Below the pieces are notes generated by a model, which saw only the letters and a list, made by a program, of their open reading frames with translations, made no database searches and had not been told where the DNA came from. DNA of 32,000 nucleotides from NCBI GenBank assembly GCA_000503915.1, contig CP006915.1, positions 480,001-512,000 of the forward strand. Reading direction: 5' to 3'. Positions 8,928 through 18,130 of this stretch are shown here, in pieces (positions within the stretch are counted from its first letter, which is position 1; each line of letters begins with the position of its first letter). The stretch is from Candidatus Saccharimonadota bacterium (GTDB taxonomy: Bacteria > Patescibacteriota > Saccharimonadia > Saccharimonadales > Saccharimonadaceae). A program made the translations under genes and the position numbers.

Positions 8928-9197
8928 ATGGCTATGGATAGAGATAACGCACCACATTTTAACGTCTACGAGCCAAAACAACCCGAGGAAGTGAGAGAAT
9001 TTGTCGTACCGTCCGAGAAGGATTTACCATCTGGTTACGAGTTTCTCTACCAAGAAGATCGAATACTGGAGCCTACGCTTGACGGACGAACAAAACTGGA
9101 TGTGCTGCTAGCAGAGCATGGTTATGCCATACGGCTGGTTCCTGTGGATGGCGGCTACCTCGTATATAAATTTATGGGTCTCAAGCCAGTAGAATAA
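8928..9197 (+). CDS. Hypothetical protein (89 aa)
   Basis: The ORF fills the gap between the CAP gene and galU, 5 nt before the galU start. I recognise no domain. TATAAT at 8921-8926 favours the second ATG (8934) as a leaderless start. Confidence 0.5.
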   Translation: MAMDRDNAPHFNVYEPKQPEEVREFVVPSEKDLPSGYEFLYQEDRILEPTLDGRTKLDVLLAEHGYAIRLVPVDGGYLVYKFMGLKPVE

Positions 9198-9201
9198 GTA
9201 T

Positions 9202-10017
9202 ATGAAAGTTACTAAAGCCATTATCCCTGTCGCGGGCTGGGGCACGCGCCGACTGCCAATTACGAAGACGATTGAAAAATGCATGCTGCCGATTGGCAAC
9301 CGGCCATTAGTCGACTATGTGGTACAAGATTGTCTAAAGGCGGGCATCACGGAGCTGATCTTTGTCGTCGGGGAAGATAGCACGCAGCTCGAAGATTATT
9401 ACCGCAGTAACATCAAACTAAATGACTATCTGCGTCAAAATGGGAAAGAAGATAAGCTACCGCTTGTCGCGCCACTCGAAGGTATAAAACTCCACTTTGT
9501 AACACAGCCCAGTCACGGCAAATACGGTACGGCCGTACCAGTAGCCTTGGCGAGAGGTTATATCAAAGAAGGTGAATCAGCGGTCGTGCTGATGGGTGAC
9601 GACTTTATCTGGAACGAAAACGGTGCGAGTGAAGTTAAACGCTTGATAGAGGCAACTCCCGAGGGAGACTGTGGCCTCCTCGCGGCACAAGTTGAGCTCA
9701 AAAAGGGCGGCACGCTTGGTTTGATCGTGCAGGATGAGCAAGGATTTTACAAAGAAATTGTCGACCAGCCACTTGTTGAAGATAATCCACCGAGCGATCT
9801 GGCGAACATCAGTAAGTACCTCCTCACCAAGGAGGTACTCGATGAGGCAGTGAAGCTGCCTCCGGCTCACAATGGCGAGTATCAGCTGCCAGACGCAGTG
9901 AATAACTTTGTTGCACGTGGTGGACGGGTAAAAGTGGTTCCAGCGCAAGGTCAGTATCTCGACGGAGGAACACTCGAAGGCTGGCTGCATACCAACAATG
10001 TCATAGCTGGAAAATAG
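9202..10017 (+). CDS. galU: UTP-glucose-1-phosphate uridylyltransferase-like nucleotidyltransferase
   Basis: The N-terminal motif is AIIPVAGWGTRRLPITKTIEKCMLPI (GxGTRxLPxTK). The protein is about 270 aa. Confidence 0.8.
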   Translation: MKVTKAIIPVAGWGTRRLPITKTIEKCMLPIGNRPLVDYVVQDCLKAGITELIFVVGEDSTQLEDYYRSNIKLNDYLRQNGKEDKLPLVAPLEGIKLHFVTQPSHGKYGTAVPVALARGYIKEGESAVVLMGDDFIWNENGASEVKRLIEATPEGDCGLLAAQVELKKGGTLGLIVQDEQGFYKEIVDQPLVEDNPPSDLANISKYLLTKEVLDEAVKLPPAHNGEYQLPDAVNNFVARGGRVKVVPAQGQYLDGGTLEGWLHTNNVIAGK

Positions 10018-10037
10018 ACTTGAGCAGAGAACCACGG

Positions 10038-10066
10038 TTGAAAAGTGGCTTTATATCTGTTACAAT
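10038..10066 (+). promoter_or_regulatory. Promoter: TTGAAA, 17 nt spacer, TGtTACAAT
   Basis: The -35 and extended -10 are near consensus. AAGGA precedes the rplU ATG. Confidence 0.55.
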
Positions 10067-10102
10067 CAATCAGATTGAACATTAAAGCAATAAGGATTAT
10101 TC

Positions 10103-10411
10103 ATGAAAGCAGTCGTGAAAGTAGGCGGCAAGCAATATATTGTCGCTGAAAAAGAGACCCTCCTGGTGGACCGCCTCCCGGATGGAACCAAAGAGCTCAC
10201 CCTCGACGCGCTTCTGACGATTGATGGAGACAACACCACCGTCGGAACGCCTACTGTCAAAGGTGCTGTAGTCAAAGCTAAGGTGGTAGATGATGAAGTA
10301 AAGGGCGACAAGCTCCGGATCATCCGCTACAAAGCCAAAAAGCGCGTGCACAAGGAAACTGGCCACCGCCAGAAGTACACCCGTATCCAGATCGCCTCGA
10401 TTGGTAAATAA
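10103..10411 (+). CDS. rplU: 50S ribosomal protein L21
   Basis: MKAVVKVGGKQYIVAEKETL... is a typical L21 sequence, and the protein is 102 aa. Confidence 0.95.
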   Translation: MKAVVKVGGKQYIVAEKETLLVDRLPDGTKELTLDALLTIDGDNTTVGTPTVKGAVVKAKVVDDEVKGDKLRIIRYKAKKRVHKETGHRQKYTRIQIASIGK

Positions 10412-10417
10412 TCAAAT

Positions 10418-10451
10418 AAGCTCCGCTACAAAAAAGCGGAGCTTTTTGTTT
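10418..10451 (+). terminator. Rho-independent terminator
   Basis: AAGCTCCGC, a 9 nt loop and GCGGAGCTT are followed by TTTGTTT. Confidence 0.8.
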
Positions 10452-10498
10452 ACGGCTCATGCTACAATAGGAGTAAAAGAAGAGGGAACAACAAACAG

Positions 10499-11263
10499 GT
10501 GACTACCGTTATCGCAGTGACGAACCAAAAGGGAGGGGTCGGCAAGACTACCAGTGCGGTTAATATTGCCTATTTCTTGGCAAAAAGCGGCAAGAAAACA
10601 CTACTGATCGACTTTGACCCTCAGGGAAACGCCACCAGTGGCCTCGGTTTCGATAAACAGTCGCTCGACACCGGTACGATGACTGATGTCCTGCTCGAAG
10701 CCAAGCAGCTGCAAGAAATTGTACTAAAAACCAACCACAAGAATTTGTTTATCGCACCCGCCACTCCTTACCTCGCTAACACGGAGGCAGAACTCGGGGG
10801 TGCTGGTCGCCGCTTCAGTCGACTGAAAAATGCTGTCGACAATACACCTGGTTATGATTTTTTGATCATCGACTGTCCGCCCAGCCTCAGTTTACTCACC
10901 GTCAACGCACTCATTGCTACCCGCTATGTACTACTACCGGTGCAGGCTGAATTTTATGCGCTTGAGGGACTTGGGCAATTGCTGGAAACCATGAAGCTGG
11001 TACGCAAAAATATGAACCCCACACTTGATCTGATTGGTGTGCTGCCCACTATGGTTGATGGCCGTACCACCTTGAGTGGCCAGGTGCACGAAGAGATAAA
11101 GAAGCATTTTCCAGGCAAGGTATTCAAGACGGTGATCCCGCGCAACATTCGCTTGGCGGAAGCACCGAGTCACGGGGTGCCGATTGGCGCATACGATCGC
11201 TTTTCTAAAGGGTCTCGTGCCTACAAGGCAGTGACAAAGGAGGTGCTGGAACGTGTCGGTTAA
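10499..11263 (+). CDS. parA: Chromosome partitioning ATPase ParA/Soj
   Basis: It has a GTG start and the deviant Walker A NQKGGVGKTT. Full-length similarity is Soj-like. A TGCTACAAT extended -10 lies at 10460-10468. Confidence 0.9.
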   Translation: MTTVIAVTNQKGGVGKTTSAVNIAYFLAKSGKKTLLIDFDPQGNATSGLGFDKQSLDTGTMTDVLLEAKQLQEIVLKTNHKNLFIAPATPYLANTEAELGGAGRRFSRLKNAVDNTPGYDFLIIDCPPSLSLLTVNALIATRYVLLPVQAEFYALEGLGQLLETMKLVRKNMNPTLDLIGVLPTMVDGRTTLSGQVHEEIKKHFPGKVFKTVIPRNIRLAEAPSHGVPIGAYDRFSKGSRAYKAVTKEVLERVG

Positions 11264-12125
11264 AAAAGGTCTAGGACGCAGTTTTGAATCGCTCATCCCG
11301 AGTGAGTTACTCGACGAATCATTTGATCCGACGGCAAACGATGACCAGAAGGTGAGCGATCTACGTACAATCAAGCTAAGCGAAATCATGCCTGATCCTG
11401 ACCAGCCACGTCGACAGTTTGATGAAACAGCACTGACGGAGCTAGCAGCTTCCATTAAGGAGCATGGTGTCCTGCAACCGATCGTCGTGGTCACAAAGGA
11501 TGGGAAGTACCAGATTGTTGCTGGCGAACGGCGTTACCGCGCGAGTCTCCAGGCGGGCAAGACGACGATCCCGGCACTGGTACGCACCTTGAGCGATCAG
11601 CATAAATTGGAGCTGTCGCTGATCGAGAATATTCAGCGGCGAGATCTCAACCCGCTCGAAACGGCCACCGCCTATGCCAAACTGCGCAACCAATTTAATC
11701 TCACCCTCGAAGAAATCGGCGCCCGCGTCGGTGGCAAATCAATGGCCACGATTAGCAATACCTTACGCCTATTGCGGCTTCCTGAAGCAGTCAAGCAAGC
11801 AGTAGCCGAAGGAAAAGTCAGCGAGGGGCAGGCTCGTCCGCTCATCGGTACTGATGAGGCGGTAGTACAGGAGCTCTTGCCGCAGATCATAGGCGAAGGC
11901 TGGAGTGCACGTAAGATCGAAACGGTCGTTGCGGCATACAAGTCAAAAAACCGTGCGAGTACGAAGACATCGTCACCTCAACAGCCGTTGCGAAACGATG
12001 TACTGTCGAAACGATTCTCTACTAAGGTTACCGTACAATCATCACAGCGCGGAGCGGGTAAATTCATCATTGCATTTTCAAATCAGGAAGAGCGCGAACG
12101 GATCGAGAGGCTACTCGGCGAGTAA
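11253..12125 (+). CDS. parB: Chromosome partitioning protein ParB/Spo0J
   Basis: The ParB box is PDPDQPRRQFDE...IVAGERRYRA. An HTH region follows. The GTG start overlaps parA by 11 nt. Confidence 0.9.
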   Translation: MSVKKGLGRSFESLIPSELLDESFDPTANDDQKVSDLRTIKLSEIMPDPDQPRRQFDETALTELAASIKEHGVLQPIVVVTKDGKYQIVAGERRYRASLQAGKTTIPALVRTLSDQHKLELSLIENIQRRDLNPLETATAYAKLRNQFNLTLEEIGARVGGKSMATISNTLRLLRLPEAVKQAVAEGKVSEGQARPLIGTDEAVVQELLPQIIGEGWSARKIETVVAAYKSKNRASTKTSSPQQPLRNDVLSKRFSTKVTVQSSQRGAGKFIIAFSNQEERERIERLLGE

Positions 12126-12170
12126 GGCTATAAAGTGAACCCTACGGCAAAGTCTTGGCCGAAAGTGTGC

Positions 12171-12770
12171 TTAAAATGTTCGAATCTTATCAAACGGGAA
12201 GATCCGTAGCGCAACCGGTCCGACGACGTCGTAGTAGGGGATGTAGCCAAGACCGTTGCGCGAATCTTTTGAATAGCCTTCTTGGCGGTGGTCACCACTG
12301 ACAAACAGGGTACCTCTCGGTACGATAGTATCAACCTGACCGTCTGTCGGCGATGACGGCTCACCGTGGTTTTGATCGTCGGGGTTGAAACCTTTTGGAC
12401 TGGACTGGCTGTAGACGGTGAAATGACCATCGCTTAGGACGACTCGTTCACCAGCAAAGGCGATGACGCGTTTGACTATATATTCTTCGCCCATTCCAGG
12501 AGAGTACTGCGGGTTCTTAAAGACAATAACATGACCACGCTCGGGCACGTATGTTTTATTTTGCAGTTGTGCCATTGTGACAGGTAGTCGATTGACAATC
12601 AAACGGTCACCAGTGTAGAGCGTGCTCTCCATACTAGGACCTTCAACGTTGAAACTACGAAAGATAAAGGCGTTGATGAATAACGTGCCGATCAGCACAC
12701 AGACAATAAAAATAAGTATTCCGAGGACATCTTTGAGGCCTTGGTGGCGCTCGAGAAAACTGGCATTCAT
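12171..12770 (-). CDS. lepB: Signal peptidase I
   Basis: An N-terminal TM helix is followed by the catalytic Ser box GPSMESTL, the Lys box YIVKRVIA and GDHRQEGYSKDSR. Confidence 0.9.
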   Translation of the reverse strand: MNASFLERHQGLKDVLGILIFIVCVLIGTLFINAFIFRSFNVEGPSMESTLYTGDRLIVNRLPVTMAQLQNKTYVPERGHVIVFKNPQYSPGMGEEYIVKRVIAFAGERVVLSDGHFTVYSQSSPKGFNPDDQNHGEPSSPTDGQVDTIVPRGTLFVSGDHRQEGYSKDSRNGLGYIPYYDVVGPVALRIFPFDKIRTF

Positions 12771-12872
12771 TCCTTTTACTATACACTAGATTGCCATGAC
12801 CGACCACGATAAAAACCGGCTATGTTTTATCGTGCAATCGAAAAAAAGTTTGCTATAGTAAGAGGAGTATTT

Positions 12873-14519
12873 ATGCGAAAACAAACGTCCTCACTTGATG
12901 GTTTTGTCCCCCGGCGACCCAACAGCATGAGCAAAATTGCTCAGGCTGGTGAAGCGCGTGAGAATCTTTCTGCCAGGCCGCAATTGACCGAAAACGACAT
13001 TGAGCAGCGCGGCATGAGACGACGCGATATTGACGAATCTCTAGCGGGCATCGACAACGAAGAACCACAGCCGAAAAAGCGGCGTCGACTATTCCACCGT
13101 CGCCAGCGCGGTAGAGTGCTGACACGCCGTCAGAAAATCATCCGACGGACTATTAAGTTTCTGATCATCATTATTATACTGGCGGGTGCATTTGTAGCAA
13201 TCAAAACGTTTATCGCTACCAATAACATCTTGCAGGGTAATATTTTTGATATCCTACAGAACAAACCACTCAAAATGGACGCAAACGGCCGTACTAACAT
13301 CTTGCTCTTCGGTACCTCCGAGGACGACCCCGGTCACGAGGCAGGTAGCTTGACCGACTCGATCATGATGGTGAGCATCGATCAGAAGCAAAAGAATGCC
13401 TATATGGTCAGTATCCCGCGCGATCTCTATGTCGACTATGGGACAGCGTGTAGTGCTGGTTACCAGGGAAAGATCAATGTTATCTATGGCTGTTACTCAA
13501 ATGACGGCAAAAAAGAAGCGGCTGGCGCCAGCGCTCTCGGAAAAAAAGTCGGTGATGTGCTTGGTCTCGACGTCCACTACTACGCTCACGTTAACTACAC
13601 AGTGGTGCGCGACGTGGTGAAGGCGCTTGATGGTATTACTGTCACGATTGAGAGTCGCGATCCGCGTGGCGTGATGGACAGTAATTTCGACTGGAAGTGT
13701 AAAAAAGGCAATGCCTACGCATCGTACGCGACTATTCTTAAAAATTGTCCGCCGAATGGACACTTTATTGATTATCCGAACGGCAAGGTCAAATTAGACG
13801 CCGAGCATGCACTGTACCTGGCACAAGCCCGCGGCGATGCGGCACCGACTTACGGTTTGGAACAGTCGAATTTCGATCGAGAAAAAAACCAGCAGAAGAT
13901 TGTCAAGGCAATCACCGAGAAAGCAGTCAGCGCTGGGACGATTACCAACCTTGGGAAAGTGACGGGGCTAATCGATGCGCTGGGTAACAATCTGCGTACT
14001 GACTTCGAGGTCAGTGAAGTACGCACGCTAATGCAACTTGCCGAGAGTATTCCGTCTGATCGCATTAAATCGATCTCCCTAATTGAAGAAGGCAACGAGT
14101 TAGTCACGACTGCGACAATTGGCGCTAGCGTGGTTGTGCCGGCGGCAGGAACGTATGACTACAGCCAGATTCAGGCATATGTTGCCAAGAAATTGAGTAA
14201 GGATCCTGTGGTGCGTGAAGCTGCCAGCATTTTTGTCCTCAATGGCACTACAACACCAGGCTTGGCGCAAAGCGAAGCGGCTAAACTTACAGCGGCCAAA
14301 TACGTGATCACCGCAACCGACAATGCTGCTACCGATGACTACCAAAAGACTGTCGTATATCGGCTAAACAAAAAAAGCGATGTCGATGGTACGGCCAAGA
14401 CCCTTGCAACGCGTTATAGTGTGAAGCTAAAGACGGGAGCGCTCCCGTTCGCTATCAGCGGCAACCCTGACTTCGTGATCATTGTCGGTGCCGACGTCGC
14501 TGCGACCAAGACAAACTAG
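12873..14519 (+). CDS. LytR-CpsA-Psr (LCP) family cell-envelope glycopolymer ligase
   Basis: A basic N-terminus and TM helix are followed by the LCP core (NILLFGTSEDD...SLTDSIMMVSID...MVSIPRDLYV). The C-terminus has a LytR_C-like domain. I placed the start at ATG 12873, after AGAGGAG. Confidence 0.85.
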   Translation: MRKQTSSLDGFVPRRPNSMSKIAQAGEARENLSARPQLTENDIEQRGMRRRDIDESLAGIDNEEPQPKKRRRLFHRRQRGRVLTRRQKIIRRTIKFLIIIIILAGAFVAIKTFIATNNILQGNIFDILQNKPLKMDANGRTNILLFGTSEDDPGHEAGSLTDSIMMVSIDQKQKNAYMVSIPRDLYVDYGTACSAGYQGKINVIYGCYSNDGKKEAAGASALGKKVGDVLGLDVHYYAHVNYTVVRDVVKALDGITVTIESRDPRGVMDSNFDWKCKKGNAYASYATILKNCPPNGHFIDYPNGKVKLDAEHALYLAQARGDAAPTYGLEQSNFDREKNQQKIVKAITEKAVSAGTITNLGKVTGLIDALGNNLRTDFEVSEVRTLMQLAESIPSDRIKSISLIEEGNELVTTATIGASVVVPAAGTYDYSQIQAYVAKKLSKDPVVREAASIFVLNGTTTPGLAQSEAAKLTAAKYVITATDNAATDDYQKTVVYRLNKKSDVDGTAKTLATRYSVKLKTGALPFAISGNPDFVIIVGADVAATKTN

Positions 14520-14546
14520 CCCGTAGGTGCTACAATAGGGAACTAT

Positions 14547-15317
14547 ATGGATCTTTTACGGACTGCGCGTCGGCGCTCCCTCTTTAGTGAGGCGATCTAC
14601 ATCATCCTCAACATCCTACTAGCAGTAGCGCTTCTGGCCGTCGTACTGGCGGTCAACGTGCCGTGGCCGGCCTTTGGGCTGGTGCTACTCAGTAAATGGC
14701 GTGTCTTCGCAGTACGTCTGCGGTATTGGGGTGCAAACATCCGTGCCAATATGATCGATGCTATCGTTGGGTTTAGCGTCGTAATTTTTCTCTACGCAGC
14801 CAGCGGCGACCTCTTGACGCAAGTCAGCTTGACGGCGCTATACATTGTCTGGCTATTATTTATTAAGCCGCGCTCGAAGCGTTCTTTTGTCGCGTTGCAA
14901 GCGTTAATTGGCGTCTATTTTGGCGTGGGAGCCGTCGTACAGCTCTCGCCGAGCTGGCCGTCGTCGCTCGTTGTGCTCCTAGTATGGCTCATCGGATATA
15001 GCGCCGCACGTCATATTCTGAGCCTTGAACATGAATCTCATATCAATTTCCTGAGTGTTCTGTGGGGCTTTATCTTGGCCGAAATCGCCTGGCTGACGTA
15101 CCATTGGACGATCGGCTATCAGGTGACAAGCTCTATGCAATTGTCGCAGGCTGCCGTCATCACGACGCTCCTCACTTTCGTTGCTGATAGGGTTTACCTG
15201 AGCTTCAAGCGCGACGGCAAGATCGAAGCCAGTAGTATAGCGTTGCCGATGTTGCTGTTTCTCGCTGTCGTTGCACTGTTCATCTTTGATATTATCCGCA
15301 GGGACGTTGTACTGTAG
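14547..15317 (+). CDS. Hypothetical polytopic membrane protein (256 aa)
   Basis: It has about 6-7 hydrophobic helices. TGCTACAAT lies at 14528-14536, 10 nt before the ATG. I recognise no family. Confidence 0.6.
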   Translation: MDLLRTARRRSLFSEAIYIILNILLAVALLAVVLAVNVPWPAFGLVLLSKWRVFAVRLRYWGANIRANMIDAIVGFSVVIFLYAASGDLLTQVSLTALYIVWLLFIKPRSKRSFVALQALIGVYFGVGAVVQLSPSWPSSLVVLLVWLIGYSAARHILSLEHESHINFLSVLWGFILAEIAWLTYHWTIGYQVTSSMQLSQAAVITTLLTFVADRVYLSFKRDGKIEASSIALPMLLFLAVVALFIFDIIRRDVVL

Positions 15318-15359
15318 ATTTTTAAGCTATTTTTCAGGGAAGGGGGCTATAAGAAGGGT

Positions 15360-16547
15360 ATGGAAGACAAGCAATCGGCGGCGTCAGCGGTGACGCCTGT
15401 ATCGAAAGGGCGCCATCGCGCTGCTCATATAGTTGGTTTTATCATCGCGGGCGCTTTATTGGCGCTGGGTGCAGGCTTTTTGGGCAGCTGGCTGGAAGAC
15501 CAGTGGCTGGGTCAAGGGGCATCGCCACTGACGGTTCTCAAGAGCTCGGCCGACGATGGTAATAAAGTAGTTACTGCTGAAGAAGTATCGATCACGGCGG
15601 TTGCCAAGAAAGTATCGCCGAGTATCGTATCGATTATCAGTGCTTCCAAGCAAGCAACAACCTTCTATAACCAAACGGTGCAGCAACAGAGCGCCGGAAC
15701 GGGAATGATCGTCAGCAGTAACGGCTATATCCTAACGAACAAACATGTTGTCGACGGAGCCTCAGCCGTGACGGTTATATTGGCCAATGGCAAAACGTAT
15801 AGGAACGTCGAGGTTGTTGGTACCGATCCACTCAACGACCTGGCATTTTTAAAGATTAGTAACGTTTCGAACTTGCCGAGTGTAACACTTGGTGACTCAA
15901 AGACTATTCGTGTGGGTCAATCGGTTGTGGCAATTGGCAACGCGCTGGGACAGTACCAAAATACCGTGACAAGCGGCATTATCTCCGGTACTGGTCGCCC
16001 CGTCGTCGCAGCCAGTGACGAGAGCGGTACGTCGCAGGAGAGTCTGACTGATCTTATCCAAACCGATGCAGCGATCAACTCGGGAAACTCAGGTGGGCCG
16101 CTCTTAAACTTGAAGGGACAAGTGATCGGTATTAATACTGCGATTGCCCAGGATGCCAATAATATCGGCTTCTCGATCCCAATTGGAGCGGCGAAGGGTC
16201 TGCTTGCTCACGTCATCAAGACGGGGAAGGTCGAGCGGCCATATCTCGGTATTCGCTATATTTCTATTACTCCCGAAGTAAGAGCACAGTATAAACTGCC
16301 TGTCGATCGGGGTGACTATGTCACCGCCGAAGGTGGGGCGGCAGTAGTGAGCGGAAGTCCAGCAGCAAAAGCCGGTCTAAGGGCGGGGGATATCATTACT
16401 AAGGTTAACGGCTATAGTGTCGGTGAAGTGGCGAGCGTTTCCAGCCTTATTTCTGAGTACGAACCGGGTGATACAGTGCAACTTACGGTGCTGCGTGGTG
16501 CTCAGACGCTGACGAAAAGCGTCACACTTGCCGCCTACAACGGTTAA
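15360..16547 (+). CDS. htrA: HtrA/DegP-family serine protease with a PDZ domain
   Basis: An N-terminal TM helix is followed by triad contexts TNKHVV, NDLAFLK and GNSGGPL. The C-terminal PDZ region contains GLRAGDIITKVNG. Confidence 0.9.
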   Translation: MEDKQSAASAVTPVSKGRHRAAHIVGFIIAGALLALGAGFLGSWLEDQWLGQGASPLTVLKSSADDGNKVVTAEEVSITAVAKKVSPSIVSIISASKQATTFYNQTVQQQSAGTGMIVSSNGYILTNKHVVDGASAVTVILANGKTYRNVEVVGTDPLNDLAFLKISNVSNLPSVTLGDSKTIRVGQSVVAIGNALGQYQNTVTSGIISGTGRPVVAASDESGTSQESLTDLIQTDAAINSGNSGGPLLNLKGQVIGINTAIAQDANNIGFSIPIGAAKGLLAHVIKTGKVERPYLGIRYISITPEVRAQYKLPVDRGDYVTAEGGAAVVSGSPAAKAGLRAGDIITKVNGYSVGEVASVSSLISEYEPGDTVQLTVLRGAQTLTKSVTLAAYNG

Positions 16548-17377
16548 TTAGCGGTTTTTTCAAGGCAGAGCGCAAAACTATCACGCGCGGTCTCATTGAA
16601 CCCGTAGCGGCGAGCAAGACTTGCGATAGTATCGAGTTGCCTGGTGTCAGCTTCCAGTAGGAGATAGCCGCCTTTTGGTAACCGTGCAGCTGTCTGTTCG
16701 ATGCAACGCTTTATCACGGCCAACCCCTGGTCATTAGCAAAGAGCGCTTCGCTCGGCTCGTGGCTAAGTTCGTCTGAAAGTTCCCAGGATGGATCCACGT
16801 ACGGTAGATTTGCAAGCACGTAGTTGGGGGTGTATGGATAGCCAAGCAATAAATCAGACGAGAAGACTTCAACATTCGCCTCGAATTGATCGGCATTCTT
16901 CTTTGCGATGGTCAGCGCATGGCGGCTATTGTCAATGAGATCGACCTGAAGCTCGGGAAACTCGAGCTTCGCAGTGATACCGAGGCAGCCACTGCCCGTC
17001 CCAATATCTACCAGCCGTTTCGGCGCTATGCTCGGAAGCGGTGCGGTCGTCGGAATGATCGCCTTCAAGAGATCGATAAGCTGCTCGGACTCGGGGCGAG
17101 GGATGAGAACGGCTGGTGAGACACGAAAGCGTCGGCCGTAGAATTCTTTATGGCCGATAATGTAGGCAACCGGAACATGGTCTTTGCGGAGCTCGATGCG
17201 GGCATTGGCAATCTCCTCGAGTCGAGGTTCGATCGGCTCATCACCGTGCGCGTGCAGGTAGGTTCGCGGATGTCGGAGGGTATGAGCTAAGATAATTTCA
17301 GCGTCAAGTCGCGGTGAATCAAACATAGCATCGGCTAGTTCGTCCGTCGCCCGTTTCAGCCATGCGAGGATTGTCAT
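16544..17377 (-). CDS. prmC: Release factor glutamine N5-methyltransferase (PrmC/HemK)
   Basis: It has the SAM motif DIGTGSGC. Motif IV reads NLPY rather than NPPY. I placed the start at ATG 17377 (MTILAWLK...), and the 74-codon upstream extension looks spurious. Confidence 0.88.
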   Translation of the reverse strand: MTILAWLKRATDELADAMFDSPRLDAEIILAHTLRHPRTYLHAHGDEPIEPRLEEIANARIELRKDHVPVAYIIGHKEFYGRRFRVSPAVLIPRPESEQLIDLLKAIIPTTAPLPSIAPKRLVDIGTGSGCLGITAKLEFPELQVDLIDNSRHALTIAKKNADQFEANVEVFSSDLLLGYPYTPNYVLANLPYVDPSWELSDELSHEPSEALFANDQGLAVIKRCIEQTAARLPKGGYLLLEADTRQLDTIASLARRYGFNETARDSFALCLEKTAN

Positions 17378-17482
17378 GTTCGTATTATAACAATTTTTAC
17401 AACATATATCAACGGAGGTGGAAGAAATTTGTGTTTGACTTTGACGGCTGCACGGCGTAAGGTAGGAGGCATTACGTAGTAT

Positions 17483-18079
17483 ATGTCTATGAGTATAGAA
17501 GCAATACAAACATCCGAAAGAAAAATAACAGAATGGTTGTCCGGCGAAACCCAGATTCATCATGCTGTTGCCGCGGATCTCGGTACAACCGCCACACACG
17601 GCGAGGTTATCGCATTTCCAGGTAGTGAAAAGGCCTTAGGCCAAGGGCGGATTGAGCCGGAACATAGCTTTGAAAATGTCCTCGAAATACGAGCAGAAGT
17701 TGGCGAGCTCGACAAGCTGATTGTCGGTTTGCAACAAGAATTAGCGGCGGCACATGAACGGGCTGAAGCGCTGAGAGAGCAACTCGATGACTTGGGCGGT
17801 TTTGTGCAGACGGATGAAGAACAGGGTCAAAGTACGGTGAGAGAAGCGACGGTACGTTTAAGAGCCACAGTGGCCGATATAAGTATGCTTGTGCAGGCAA
17901 TCAAGGCTAAAGAAACGGCTAAAGCGAAATTTATGGAGTGGCAGGAACAGGTAGAGCTCGGCCTCGAAGCAGTTGGGGATCCGAGATTTCTCGACCTACG
18001 CGAGCGAGAGCTCACGAGAGCCTACAGTGCTGGCAGCCTCAGTCGGGCAGACGGTACGATCGCTGAGCGCAGGCCATAG
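17483..18079 (+). CDS. Hypothetical coiled-coil-rich soluble protein (198 aa)
   Basis: The central region is heptad-like and rich in Glu, Ala, Leu and Arg. It has no TM helix and no recognised family. The start could be 17483 or 17489. Confidence 0.55.
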   Translation: MSMSIEAIQTSERKITEWLSGETQIHHAVAADLGTTATHGEVIAFPGSEKALGQGRIEPEHSFENVLEIRAEVGELDKLIVGLQQELAAAHERAEALREQLDDLGGFVQTDEEQGQSTVREATVRLRATVADISMLVQAIKAKETAKAKFMEWQEQVELGLEAVGDPRFLDLRERELTRAYSAGSLSRADGTIAERRP

Positions 18080-18095
18080 TAGCAACACAAGCTTA

Positions 18096-18124
18096 TTGAC
18101 ATATAAGCATAAGTGTGATACTAT
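18096..18124 (+). promoter_or_regulatory. Promoter: TTGACA, 17 nt spacer, TACTAT, ending 6 nt before ATG 18131
   Basis: The -35 is consensus. This geometry would place the transcription start on the start codon, giving a leaderless mRNA. Confidence 0.45.
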
Positions 18125-18130
18125 CGTCCT

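Noticed and set aside
9577-11494. Long antisense ORFs in the supplied track: 9577-10035(-), 10934-11494(-), 11442-11941(-). The same applies to 21945-22480(-), 27003-27566(-) and 29136-29642(-).
   Set aside because: Each lies entirely inside a strongly supported conserved gene on the other strand (galU, parA/parB, tsf, rseP, proS). Their translations are low-complexity and rich in Ser, Arg and Cys, which is typical of shadow ORFs.
10412-12170. I looked for a parS site (TGTTNCACGTGNAACA) near parAB.
   Set aside because: By eye I found no 16-mer close to consensus. CACGTG-containing sites at about 9913 and 22006 lack the flanking TGTT/AACA arms. A proper pattern search allowing 2-3 mismatches is needed before concluding that parS is absent.
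17378-17599. N-terminal extensions of conserved genes as given by the track: prmC to 17599, recF to 23958, prfA to 19635 and the ABC ATPase to 3090.
   Set aside because: The extensions are Cys- or Ile-rich and non-homologous, and they run through intergenic or promoter sequence. Internal ATGs align with the conserved N-termini of the protein families.
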